A DNA stretch of 64,000 nucleotides from Tubulanus polymorphus (GCF_964204645.1 NC_134036.1:7850812-7914811), one strand, 5' to 3'. Counted from the first letter of the stretch, positions 42,075 through 54,120 are shown. Numbers and translations are program-made. Notes: generated from the sequence alone by a model not told the origin.

Positions 42075-45000
42075 ATTAACGTGCTAGAATCCTTTTCTAA
42101 TTCTCTTTTGTTTCTTCTCTTATTAATTTTAAGCATTCGTCTATATTACAACCATGAGGAACTGTGTGTATACCATCATCTAAAATATATCTTTTATCAT
42201 CGAATGGGTTTAAACTTATCTTCTCTATCTCTTCAATAAACATTTCATGATCTTCGGATCCTAAACTTTTCATCTTAAGTTTTCCAACTTCTTCATTGAA
42301 TATACAATTGATGTAATCTTCGAAATGAATGTAACTGTCAGTATCAAAATATAAGAGTTCTATATGCTTTTCTCCAAAATGAGGTTGTAATACGTTATAG
42401 TAAAATTCATACATTAATAACTTTGATATTTCTAAAACTGAAGCACCAACATAAATTGGTTTATTAAATTTCATAGAAATTCTCCTCATTTTAACTGCAG
42501 CTAAATTTTATCAAATATTCTGTTACCCATAAATTTAGGATATGTTTGTAAATGTCTAATTCTTTTTCCATTACTAACTAACTCAATATCATTTCTATTT
42601 CTGATGTTTTCACAAGTCTTACCATAGAATGCATTATTCATTAGTTTGAAGAAATCTTTCTCAAAATCAGTTTTAGCTTTAGTTCTCTGTTTGGTGTTAA
42701 AATCTATATATTTCCATAACCATTTAGATTGACTGAATGAAATACATCTATATATAAATGTACTTTTTTTAGGATCATTCCTTGATTCAAATAGAACTTT
42801 AACATTCTATAATGTATTACGTAATTACATTTATCTTCCTGAGTTACCATTAATTTTTCTGTAGATTATCGGGTTTAATTCTTTTTTGATAATTTGATAA
42901 TTCTTCATGCGTTACAGTTTTATGTTCGGGACAGTATGCTAGATTTCTAGATTTAAATTTAATGTTTTCAGGATATTCTAAATCTACAACAAAAAGTAAC
43001 CAGTCTCTCAATCATCCGAAATATCTTTCTTCCAATCAAATTTATCATTATTTTCATACTGTAAAACTTCAATTACTTCAAATACTCCATAAGGCTGAGG
43101 TTCCATCATTGCCCAACCATATATATTATTTCCATCTTTATATAATAACTTATATCCAGGGTTATCATTTACATTGAACTATCTATCACCTAATACACCT
43201 GAAACTCCTCATCTTATAGATTTTTCAAATAACAATAATTGGTCTAAATTTGTTAACAAATCCATTTTTATATCTGTAAATTTTAAACCACGATCCCAAG
43301 TTAAACCTGGACTAGAATAACAATGACATGGATCAATATTAAAATATTTTAGATTTACATCTCTAAACCTTTCAAATATATCAGTTAATAAAAATACATC
43401 TGATTTTAAATATAAATCTACTAATTGTCCATGATTTTCCATTCCGAAATGATTCCAAATATTCAATGTTCTATTATAGACTTCATATTTAACATATTCA
43501 TTTTTCATCATAGAATTGTTCTTTTAATAATTCAGTTATATTAAAATCCTTATGCGATTCATAGATCTATATGGAATTGCGCCTTTATATCTCATTGATT
43601 GAAAATCATCATTATTTGGATAGTGATGCTTTAATATTTTTAATTCATCATCAACTAATGATTTTGATAAATTAACTAATGAAGTACTTAAAAATTTATA
43701 TGAGTCTATAAATCTTAGACACCCGAATTGGAAAGATATATAATTCTCAGATGTTTAAGCTAACATTTTAAATTTATAAGTTGTTATTTTATCTTTTGAT
43801 CTATTTGAATTTAATCTTTCTATTTCATTATTGATTTCTTTTATTATATAACAGAACTGTTTTATGAATAAATGTGCATCATATCCTGATAAATTATGAA
43901 ATATTACTGGAACAAAATTGATTTTCATAGCTTATAAGTTACAATTCTCATGCACTGCACCTCTAAACTTTCCATTCAAATGATCATGATCTCTAACTTT
44001 TTTATCTTTAAAATTAAATATCTTTTCACAATAATAACATTTATGAGCAAACACATTTCTTCTTTATCTTCTTCTGTCATAATTATTTCTTTATTTGTAT
44101 CATTTTCATTTCTATAATGATAATATTCACTTTCAATTAGTTATAGATAATCAGATTTTTATATATAATCTAAAAGCTGCAGCACTTTGATGAATCTTTT
44201 TAATTTTATTTGTTATTAGAGGATCTGAATAATCAATTATATCATTTTCAGAATTCAATTTATTTCTTTTATAATATATTTCTTTTCTATCTTGATCAGT
44301 TATTTCTTTATTGAGTGACTCAGTCACAATATATTACAAATGGCACTTTATTCTTGTAATCGTATTTTTTGAATTCTAATATTTTATCCTTTTCATTTGG
44401 TAAAACTATTTTACAATAATCATGATTTTCACATAATTGCTTATGATTTAATAATGCACTTTCTGTTCTGAATTTAGTTATACATTTTCTACATAGATAT
44501 ATTTTAATATCAAAATCATTTTCTGATTTGAAAAATAAATCAATACGTTTTATCCACATATAATGATTCTCATATTATGATATATCTATAACATCATTTG
44601 AATCATAATCTTTTGATAAATACAAAGGTTCTAATGTAAAATGTTTAATATTGTTACCTTATGTTTTTGGTAATTTGATTAAATGAAAAACATTTATCTC
44701 TTGTCATCATTGTTATTATCTCTTTCTATTTTTGGGATATTTCTAATTCTAACAGGATAACTGTCTATATTATAATTATTTTCAAATGGTTTATAATGTG
44801 TTTATCTAAAACTATGTTGTTTATAATCTTCAACTGGGTGTATGCAGCTTATAATTGTCCATAGAAAACATTTATCATCAAAATTGTGTACATTTATTAC
44901 AGCATTAGTTTTATGGTAATTTGATATAACTTGATCCATTTATATTATCATCTTTATAATATGATAAATTATTTTCATCAATTGGTTTTGATTTAGTTAA

Positions 45001-45782
45001 CTTATTATATTTTGTGTTATAAACATGTAAAGTCATAAATATTAATTCATCAAATATTAAACCCGATCCTTCAAAATATTTCTCTTCTATTTTGTTTTTT
45101 ATTTCATTATAACATTGATCTAATCTATCATCTATATGCTGTTTTGAAATGATATGTTGTGAATGGGAATTTATATTATATATTGGTTTATCTTCAGATT
45201 TTAAAAATTTAACTTAAGAAGATATACTAACTTCAGGGTATTCAACTTCAGTAATTATTTTTATAATATTTTTCATATTTTCTAAATGCTTTTTATTTTC
45301 TTCTAATGTTTTGCCTTTATGAAATTTAAACTCAATAGCAGCTGGAACAATATCACGGTCAAATATTGGTTATTTCTATTTCTTTTTTATTATCTAATGA
45401 ATTTATATAATTTCTTACATCTTCCATGTATGGTCTTTTATTGTTTAATTTATTTTTTATTCTTTTTATTGTCTTCTGTTTCTTATCATCATCTTTATCA
45501 AATATTCTGTACCTAAAATATCATTATTGATATTTGTAATATGACTTTTAGATTTTAAATGTTATTCATAATATCTTTTTTCACTGAATGATTGATTACA
45601 TCATATTTGTATGTTTCTTTTTCATTCTTCAATTCCTCTAATTTATTTTCTAATATATCATCTCTATATTCTAAGTTTAATCTATCTTCTAAGTGAGATT
45701 TAGTTTTATTATGTCTTGCTTTTTGAGATTTATCTAAACTTATTTTACATGTTGGACCGTAGTACTTCTTGTTTGCTTCCAT
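42075..45782 (-). pseudogene. polB: pPolB pseudogene (intein-free allele, internal deletion)
   Basis: Fragments at 45555-45815, 44320-44559, 43209-43511 and 42097-42489; motif C reads YFDTDSY without an insert. Confidence 0.9.
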
Positions 45783-46541
45783 TTTAATACCAAATTTTTT
45801 ATTAAAATTGAACATAACACTTACCTCTCAACGCGTCCCGCCACGTATGAGTATCCCAGAAACACCCGCCTATTTATACTACTCAACAGTGGGGGATCCC
45901 CAGCTGCGTGTTGAGACTTGTAAATTATGAGGCTTGTGATTGGCTAGAGTAATAGGGGATAAGTTGTTTGAAGTCAAAGGTTGAAAGGTCGGAAAATAAA
46001 TTCGAGTGTGCGAGCTCCATATCAGCCATGAAGTATCCCAATTCCGAAGAAGTACGCATTATCCTAGCACACGGCATCGATTCAGCACCTGAATGAATCA
46101 ACATACTTGCTAAAATTAGGGATGCACCGAAAAGTACGTGTTTCTACATCCAATTAGTTTTTCAAATCCTATTAAGTAGATAGCATTTCTATAGATAGTT
46201 TTGTATTCTACAGGCCAACCCACATAGCAGCCACTGAACAACAGTGCGAATGAAAAACACAACAGCGATAAAGTGCCTGGTTAAAGCTACATACCAGTTG
46301 ACAAGTATCCAACATCCGAAATAGTACGTATCATCCTGAAATGATTATTTTCAAAGATTTGCATCGCAAGTCTATAGGTAAATTTGATTTTTACAGGACA
46401 TCACACATAGGAGGCATTGGACCACAGTAGGCCTACGAATATTGTCAGTACAGTGTTGAAGAAGATTCCATAGGACGAGGGAAAGCTGAAGAACGTCCTA
46501 GCCGCCACTGAACACATCAATCTTAAAGTTACGTTGATGTA

Positions 46542-46662
46542 AGTAATTAGAATATGTGGCTTTCAGGCCAGAGGACGAGAGGACGAGACACCACTCATCA
46601 CCACAAGTAATTTTTTTCCTAACACTCATCACCACAAGTAATTTTTTTTCCTAATAAATGGG
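46542..46662 (+). repeat. Left TIR of element A (121 bp)
   Basis: Matches the reverse complement of 62341-62453 apart from one extra 8-bp unit (GAGGACGA); contains a tandem CACTCATCACCACAAGTAATTTTTTT(T)CCTAA duplication; ends in TAAATGGG. Confidence 0.95.
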
Positions 46663-46903
46663 AGATAGAAAAGCATTCTTAGCAACAATAAATAACAGAA
46701 TAAAACCAGCAAAAAAACAATTTGAAATAAAAAAGTTAGTTGATGTTACAAAAGAAATTGAACATAAGATATTGAAATTAGAAAAGATAAAAACTAAATA
46801 TGGAGAGAAAGTATCAGCTAATTTAAGCTACTGTAATGTTAGTACATCGCGAGAATTTAAAGTGTTTTTACCCGATAAATGGGTTTCATTGAGTACATCA
46901 TGA
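46658..46903 (+). CDS. Small Polinton protein homologous to 30244-30597 (possibly truncated)
   Basis: KTKYGEKV...VFLPDKW aligns with TNKYGDKL...TYLPDRF; start codon lies inside the left TIR. Confidence 0.6.
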   Translation: MGDRKAFLATINNRIKPAKKQFEIKKLVDVTKEIEHKILKLEKIKTKYGEKVSANLSYCNVSTSREFKVFLPDKWVSLSTS

Positions 46904-47103
46904 TTTAGAAATTGTTGATTAAATTTAAAAAAAAATAAATTAATAGAAATAATGAATATCTAGAATCCGAAATGACTTATCTGGACAATTTAATTGCTCC
47001 ACATAGATGGTGCCATAAACAGCACCCACACAGTGATAGACAAAAGTAGTGAGATATTCAATTAATTAAAAAAAATTATTTTTTTTGCTTTTTTTCTAAA
47101 ATA

Positions 47104-47472
47104 TTAATCCATTTTTTTTATTATCAATTTTGGAATTTCAGAAGTACTTTCAATTTTGATAGCAGTTGGTTCAGAATTACTAATATCATGAATTTTATTT
47201 GATTTCTTATACCAATTACACCCAATCAAAATGAATACAATTACAAATCCAACTGTAAAATATAGATATTTATCAAATATTCTACTATCAGAAGGAGTAG
47301 AAATAACAATATTTTCACCATTTTTATTAACATTTTTATTACTTATTTTTTCTTTTACAGCTTTTTTATATTCTTGTGATTTAATTCCTAATTGTCGAGA
47401 CCATTCAATTTGTTTCTGAGTTCTCGGTTTTTTCTTCACAGTTAATTCCTTCACTTCTTTCACTTCGCTCAT
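47104..47472 (-). CDS. Basic single-TM protein (122 aa)
   Basis: KKPRTQKQIEWSRQLG N-terminus, TM YLYFTVGFVIVFILIG; decayed homolog at ~40229-40600. Confidence 0.7.
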   Translation of the reverse strand: MSEVKEVKELTVKKKPRTQKQIEWSRQLGIKSQEYKKAVKEKISNKNVNKNGENIVISTPSDSRIFDKYLYFTVGFVIVFILIGCNWYKKSNKIHDISNSEPTAIKIESTSEIPKLIIKKMD

Positions 47473-48011
47473 TTATTATAGAAATATTTTTACTTTCAAT
47501 ATTTGAAAATGTTATAACCCCGGTTGATAATAATGTCATAAATCCACCTAATTGAAATGATAAATATCCAATCCACTTATTTAATTCAGTCATAACTAAA
47601 TAATCATTTTTTAAATCGGAATATAATCTATTTTCATCTTCAATTGGTAGTATATAATTACATAATTTACTATAACCTTTTACTACATTTTCTGATATCG
47701 CGTCATTGATTTTAGCTGTTCTCGCGGCTTCATAAATCTTAAATAATCTAATTATTTCATCTGATTTCATTGTGTCTAATTCATTATAAGTTAAATTTTT
47801 ACCAACAAAATTTTTTACATTTTCCAGATGCTATTAATATTTCTAATTGATGTTTACAATAAAGATAATATTTATAATTATTATTTGTTGTAACAATATT
47901 TAAAGCACCATCATCTGGAGTTAATTTTGTTTCTGTTATTCCTAAATCATCTAAAGTTTTTTCAATTGGAACATCACCATTTTTAGATTTTATTTTCTTT
48001 TCACCTCCCAT
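47405..48011 (-). pseudogene. Polinton hypothetical protein, frameshifted near 47810
   Basis: The 70-aa and 121-aa ORFs align end to end with the sister-copy ORFs 40826-41203 and 40582-40806. Confidence 0.75.
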
Positions 48012-48043
48012 TTATATAACAAAAAAATTAATTGTGTGATGTT

Positions 48044-48307
48044 GCAACTAGAATTCAACTAGAATGTAACTAGAATTCAACTAGATTAACAAGCTAGTTG
48101 AAATATTGTTGTTTTTTGTTTATTTCTTGTTAAATCTAGTTGATTTTTGTTTCAACTACTAACAACTAGAATTCAACTAGAATATAACTAGAATTAAACT
48201 AGATTAACAAGCTAGTTAAAATATTGTTAAATCTAGTTGATTTTTGTTACAACTACCAATAACTAGAATTCAACTAGAATTCAATTAGATTAACAAGCTA
48301 GTTGAAT
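48044..48307. repeat. Internal non-coding repeat array of element A (CAACTAGAATT units in three blocks)
   Basis: Blocks at ~48044, 48163 and 48260 each end in ATTAACAAGCTAGTT; CAACTAG and CTAGTTG occur in both orientations. Confidence 0.85.
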
Positions 48308-48916
48308 TTAAATAAATTCATATTTAAATGGGTGTTGTAATCTAAATAGTAATTTTGATCTTTTAATATTTTTCAACTTATCCATATATTCATTATGTAA
48401 ATCATGTGGAATAATATCATTTTCCTCAAGTGCATTTTTCATCGATTTTCTATCTTTATTGTAGAATAAAACTAGAAATCTAATGTTTTCTCTAAAATCT
48501 TTAATAATTTAATTATATTTTTGATTTAAAACCCAAGTTGTTATCCCAAAATGTCTTCCAGAGAAAGCTAAATAACATAACTCGCTTTCTCTAATTTTAG
48601 AATCATGTAAATTTGCGCAATCATCTATGATAAATAATGTATTTGATCCTTTATAAATATCAATTGCTATTTTTATACAATTATCTAAATTTTCTTTTAC
48701 TGTTTTAGGATCTAATATAATAAATTTATTATTTCTAGTAATATTTCTATCATAAGTTTGATTAAATTCATATGTTGGACAAAATAATACTATATTATCA
48801 AAATAGTTTTCATAAACAGTTTCTAATAAATTTAATATAAAATAAGTTTTTCCACAATTTGTTACACCAGAAATTAACATATTATGAGGCTCAAATATGA
48901 ATAATTCCTTATTCAT
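48308..48916 (-). pseudogene. A32/FtsK-like packaging ATPase with one in-frame TAA (48509-48511)
   Basis: Walker A GVTNCGKT, Walker B LFIIDD, GRH motif; frame continues after TAA (the sister copy has Ser there) to a stop at 48308. Confidence 0.88.
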
Positions 48917-50044
48917 TTATATATTTTTAATTTTACTTGATAATATCCATTCATTGAATTTATCTGGCCATCCAACCCATTTTACTAAAGAATATTTTTT
49001 TCTTTTAACAGTTTTTGTTTTTAGTACTTTTTCAATTTTATATTCTTGTTCTAGATTTTCAGTAGTTAAACTTAATTCTTCTTCATAAAAATATCCATCA
49101 ACTTCTTCACCATCTAAATCTTCTAATTTATAGACATATGGTTTTGTTGTTATTACCTTTTTTATTTTATATATTTCTCTAGTAAAATTTCGATCGTATC
49201 CTTTGTCAAATATCTTTTTATACTTAGAAATTCTAACATTTTGACCAACTTTAAATTTAGGTTCACCAAAATCATCAACAAGAAATGCTCCATATAAATT
49301 ATTCCAAACAATTTCAGCATTTTCAGGTTTTCTAGCATCAATAGGTTTCATTCCAATAGAAGAATGATAAGAATTATTATATCCTTCTATAAATTTTGGT
49401 AAAACATCAATCCATTTATAAGTATTATTTGCTGTGAAATATTTTGACATTCTTGTTCTCAATGTTCTATTAAATCGTTCAACAACTGCTGCTTTTTTAT
49501 CTGATTTTGTTGAAAAATATTTAATATTATGAAAATCTAAAAGTCCATGAACTAATGAATTATCAAATTCTTTTCCATCATCAAATTGAATTTTTTCTGG
49601 TTTTAGTTTACCACCTGAAAGAAATTTTCTTAAAACATTTGATGTTTGTACAGCATCTTTTCTATAAAGTGGGAAACTCCATACATAACGACTAAAAATA
49701 TCAATTATATTCAATAACCACCAATAATCATCATTATCTTTCTTAACATTTTTCATATCAATTAAATCTCCTTGCCACTGTTGATCTACATAACTTACCA
49801 TAGTTTTACGAGTTTTATATTTTCTAACAATTTTTTTATGTGTTGTATATGTTGGTTGTTCTAACATAAATTCATTTATATCTTTATATTTAACTAAATT
49901 TTGTGGGATTATCTTATCTAATTTATCTTGTTTTACTTTACGCCATATATTTTTAGTAGAAGAATAAGCAACCGAACTCTCAGGGTTGTAATATAAATTT
50001 CTTAAATATTGTTCTTTAGTATTAGGAGTTTTTTTACCACTCAT
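48917..50044 (-). CDS. Retroviral-type (RVE, DDE) integrase with C-terminal chromodomain
   Basis: WQGDLID, IQFDDGKEF and AAVVERFNRTL catalytic motifs; YNNSYHSSIGMKP; chromodomain YKIEKVL...SLVKWVGWPDKFNEW; intact 375 aa. Confidence 0.95.
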   Translation of the reverse strand: MSGKKTPNTKEQYLRNLYYNPESSVAYSSTKNIWRKVKQDKLDKIIPQNLVKYKDINEFMLEQPTYTTHKKIVRKYKTRKTMVSYVDQQWQGDLIDMKNVKKDNDDYWWLLNIIDIFSRYVWSFPLYRKDAVQTSNVLRKFLSGGKLKPEKIQFDDGKEFDNSLVHGLLDFHNIKYFSTKSDKKAAVVERFNRTLRTRMSKYFTANNTYKWIDVLPKFIEGYNNSYHSSIGMKPIDARKPENAEIVWNNLYGAFLVDDFGEPKFKVGQNVRISKYKKIFDKGYDRNFTREIYKIKKVITTKPYVYKLEDLDGEEVDGYFYEEELSLTTENLEQEYKIEKVLKTKTVKRKKYSLVKWVGWPDKFNEWILSSKIKNI

Positions 50045-50074
50045 TTATATATCCTTAATTTTAACTTTATATTT

Positions 50075-51321
50075 CTAATATTGAATACTATCTAATTGTG
50101 AATTTACAATATTTAATTGTGCGTCAGATATAATATAAATGTGCATTTTAAAATTTTTGATTCCTTTATTCTTTTTCATGAATAATTGTATTCCATCGTT
50201 AGTGTTCTGTAGTTTTTTTCCAGAACCATGTAATAAGTTATCTTCAGTTGTTCTAAAATCTAACCATAATGCATATTTATTACCGGTATAATAATCAATT
50301 TGATTAATGTTACAATTTTCAGATGATTTCACTTTTTCATTCATAAAATGTTTTCTAATTTCTGGCCATTGATCAATCATTCTCATTCCTTGACAAAATA
50401 TTTTATTCGCTATTCCTTCGATAGTTATTTCTACTTTTGTTATTTCAGGATTATAATAATTATCAACATTTATTGCACCATTAGAATATGTTGCAATAGT
50501 AAAAAATATTAATATACCTTTAATAGATCTTCTAGGAAAGTTAATATTCTCATTAATTATTTCATCATTTGCATTAATAGTTACAGTTTTAAATTTATCA
50601 ATATAATCATATAATAATGAAAATCCTTGATTGTATTGAGTTTGAATTGTGCTAGCAATATTTTCATTAGTTATTGTGTTATATTCTAAACATATATTCG
50701 ATAATTTATAACTCATATCTTTAACAACGCTAGATAAAAAATTTCATTTACAGGAGCAAATGTTATCTCAAATATAATATCTTCTTGAATTGCGTATTTA
50801 TATAAAGGTGCATTATTATTTATCAATTCAAAGTCTAATGGAATTTTATATTTGCTTCCATAAATCTTTTTAATCAAATTATCTGTGGCACGAGTTACTA
50901 CTGCATTATTGGCTTCAGATCTTAATTTATTATGGTTTTCCGATTGGATGCCTTGAAATATCATATTATTTCTATTTTCTTTAGTTAACCATAAATCTTT
51001 ATAATGCATAAATAAATTATAATCATCTAATGAGAAAACTGTTTCTGGACCAATCTTTATAGTTAACTTTTTAATCAAATATCTTCCAACATTATCAACA
51101 ACATAATTGTTATCATGGCCAGTTACTTTTATATCGGCTGATAAATAAATACTGTTTGGAACATAAAAAGTATTTTGTGTTAATCGAGGGATTCTAACAT
51201 ATAAAGTTTCATCGGGATTAATATTTGAAGGGTTATGAGTAATTATATGATGTGATCTTTCTGCTTTAATAGCATTAGATATTCTATGATTCTTCGAAGG
51301 ACTTATATAACTCCCACTCAT
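50075..51321 (-). pseudogene. Probable major capsid protein (double jelly-roll), split by a 1-nt frameshift in a T run at ~50736
   Basis: The 202-aa and 213-aa ORFs join to ~415 aa by adding one T to a T6 run; beta-rich; THNPSNI...LYVRIP, YKIPLDF, LSNICLEY, YALWLDFR; position in the structural module. Confidence 0.7.
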
Positions 51322-51364
51322 TTATTTAACAAAAAATTAATTATTTATTTTTTGATATCATGGT

Positions 51365-52802
51365 TTACTTGATATTTTTTGATATCATATTTACTAAACC
51401 AAAAATAATAGCACTTACAACTGTAATTAAAAATAAAATAATATGTTCAGCAGCAAAGTTAATAATGTTTCCTGTAGATTTCAATATAAAACCAACAATT
51501 GAAGCAATAACTCCTGGTAAAGCTGCAGCAGATTTCTTTGATAGTTCCCATAAATATTTTGCTAATTTCTTTAAACCATCCTTAACTTTATCTTGTATAG
51601 AATTATTACCTGGAGGTTTATCTGGTTTGTTAGGAGTGGGAGTAGGAGTAGATTTCAAAGCATTTGATATAGCTAAACCTATTGTTGTAAATAACATAGT
51701 AACAGATGTTAGAATTGAAAGAATTGTTATTCCTTCTAATTTAAATAATAATTTTATTCTGTCTTTCAATGATATTTTAGAATCTGGTTTTATCAACAAA
51801 TCTTTAAAAATAACTTTTAATCTATTAATATTATAATCATATGATTTTAACAATAATTTAATTTCTTCTTTTTGTAATTCTATGTTATATTCTAAATCAT
51901 CTTTTTCTTTTTCTAAACGTAATTCTTTTTGCCTATATTCTATTTCATCAATTACTTGATGATCTAAATCAGACTTTAGTTGTTCTATTTCTTTATTTTT
52001 ATCAGTTAATTCTTTTTCTAAAGTTCTAATTTTAAAATCTCTTATACTTTTATTATGTGCAATTTTATCAGATGCAAGTCTTATACTAATAATTTCTCTA
52101 ATTGCTTTATCAGAAAATATATTTAAATCTTTTAATTGTTGATTTGTTGCATCAAGTAATCCATTTGGTAAAAGTTTTACAGTTTGAACTTTATTTGATT
52201 TAAGTTTACTATTTTTGGAAGTTATATTCTGTTCAGAAGTTGTTTCTGTTTCTAAATTTTCATTAATTAACTTAAAAAATTTAGCATTTCTTTGTTTAAA
52301 TTCTTTTATATTATAATCTCTTTCTTCTTGTGTAACATCAATTATAGCATCATTTTTTATTTTCTTAATTCTAGATTGTTCTAATAAATTAAAAGTTGAT
52401 TGTGTTATTATTTTGTCACTATTTTTAAGATTTGAAATCTTAAAATAATAGTCGCCTTTCAATTTCCAATAATATTCACCATTTAAAAATTTTAAATCTT
52501 CTACTAAATGATCCATACCTTTATTTGTTATATTGAAACCAGATTTTTCTAATATTGGTTTAAATTTATGAATAATTTCATTATAATTGTATTCTTTTTC
52601 TGTTATTTCTGGTACTTCATTTTCAATACTTATCTTTGAACGTGCTTTGTCAATAAATTGGGGTGTAGTTAAATTAGAATATATATGCTGATTCATTACC
52701 ATCATTAAAACTTGTTTCATCAAAATCAGGTGGTTGTTCATCAGTTATACCAGGTTCATCAAAAGGATCCATTCCAATATCTTCTACACCTTCTACATCC
52801 AT
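51365..52802 (-). pseudogene. Coiled-coil protein with C-terminal TM segments; frameshift near 52680
   Basis: TAAATG start at 52802 (acidic MDVEGVEDIGMDPFDEP...) shifts frame in a (TA)n tract into the 458-aa ORF; long coiled coil, TM, PT-rich linker, C-terminal hydrophobic helices. Confidence 0.7.
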
Positions 52803-52818
52803 TTATATGATAAAAAAA

Positions 52819-53055
52819 TTAAAATTTAAAATATAATATTCCTCCGATTACAATTCCTATACAAGTTATAGCTAATTTAGTATTTTCATGGGATTTATTA
52901 TCATCATTTAGTTTAATTATATCATGTTGAATTTTATTAGTTTTTATATTTTCTGTAGTATTGTAATCTTTTATTTTAGAATCATTAACCAATTTAATAT
53001 TCTTAGTTTTAGTTTCTGTTGATTGAATATGTTTTTTATTTTTTTCACCTTCCAT
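52819..53055 (-). CDS. Small C-terminally anchored membrane protein (78 aa)
   Basis: C-terminal hydrophobic segment LAITCIGIVIGGILYF; TAA-ATG junction with the upstream gene. Confidence 0.65.
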   Translation of the reverse strand: MEGEKNKKHIQSTETKTKNIKLVNDSKIKDYNTTENIKTNKIQHDIIKLNDDNKSHENTKLAITCIGIVIGGILYFKF

Positions 53056-54120
53056 TTATTTTGGAGCAGTAATAATCTTTTTATTTATATCATTCAATCC
53101 AAATGAATTATTTATTGTTGCAGTTTTAATTAGATTATTATAACCAATTATATTTCCCATCTTCAATACTAAATCATTAGAAATAATTAATAGATTAGAG
53201 CCTATACAATAATTAAGTCTTACATGAGATTTATCTAAATAATTTTGATATCTTATAATGTTTTCTGGAATCGATCTATTTTTATCATTATGAATTGAAT
53301 CTTCAAATAAAACTTTAAACTGTTTCTGCGCATCGAATGAAGTGTTATCATTTCCAATTATTGGGGATCTTGTTTCAACTTGAGCGCCTAAAATACATAT
53401 CAAATAAATTCTAATAGATTGATTTATTCTTTGTATACCTGATTTTGTAAAACCTTCACCATTTTCTAAAATGAAATTAACCCAACCATTATTATTATCA
53501 ATTTTATAATTATGATAAGCTGAAATTCTATGCATATAATCAATTCTTTTTATTTCATACTCTTCACCAACACCTTGCAATTTACCATGCGCTCTGAAAT
53601 CGGAATTAATATTTATATTAAATTCATTACATATTTTATAAAACTTGGATATATTAATATTATTATCCAATTCTTTAAAATATTTAGACTCGGGTAAAGG
53701 ACATTCTAATTCATTTAATATTATTCTGATTTGAAAATATGTGTGAAATCTAAATATTGTGTGAATTAATTTTAAATCAGAATACTTCAAATTTTTATCT
53801 AAGTTATTTAAATGATCATTCCAACTAATTCCACATCCTGTTGTTGCACAATAAACAGCAAAATTTAATTGATTCTGCCAATATTTCATATTAGATTTTA
53901 CTTTATATATATGATATTCATCTCGAGTAAAAGTAACTTCATATGTATTAAATATATTTTCCATTTTAGAAATAAAAAACTGTGATTCATTAACATAAAT
54001 TTCTAAATTAGTTAATGAATTTAAAACTATATTTTTATATGTAATATTTTTCTGAAAATCTATTGCTGGAATATTATATTTAATTGATTTATTATATTGG
54101 AAAGCTTTTGGAAACCCCAT
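53056..54120 (-). CDS. Polinton-like hypothetical protein (354 aa)
   Basis: Long intact ORF with WQNQLNFAVYCATTGCGIS motif; TAAATG start. Confidence 0.75.
   Translation of the reverse strand: MGFPKAFQYNKSIKYNIPAIDFQKNITYKNIVLNSLTNLEIYVNESQFFISKMENIFNTYEVTFTRDEYHIYKVKSNMKYWQNQLNFAVYCATTGCGISWNDHLNNLDKNLKYSDLKLIHTIFRFHTYFQIRIILNELECPLPESKYFKELDNNINISKFYKICNEFNININSDFRAHGKLQGVGEEYEIKRIDYMHRISAYHNYKIDNNNGWVNFILENGEGFTKSGIQRINQSIRIYLICILGAQVETRSPIIGNDNTSFDAQKQFKVLFEDSIHNDKNRSIPENIIRYQNYLDKSHVRLNYCIGSNLLIISNDLVLKMGNIIGYNNLIKTATINNSFGLNDINKKIITAPK

Larger units (their letters stand above)
38340..46014 (-). mobile_element. Decayed Polinton copy B (pPolB, HNH, two small genes, integrase, ATPase; no capsid genes seen)
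   Basis: ORF fragments homologous to element A genes; right terminal region 45783-46014 nearly identical to 2681-2912; left boundary uncertain. Confidence 0.88.

Noticed and set aside
48044-48307. CRISPR-like array
   Set aside because: No unique spacers, units of only 10-11 bp, no cas genes, eukaryotic context
50725-50750. Programmed frameshift in the major capsid gene
   Set aside because: No canonical slippery heptamer in frame; a 1-nt loss in a T run explains it
51360-51836. Plus-strand 158-aa ORF and other antisense ORFs within the Polintons (e.g. 47231, 48897, 54219, 58649, 59590)
   Set aside because: Shadow frames of real minus-strand genes; no motifs or TAAATG starts
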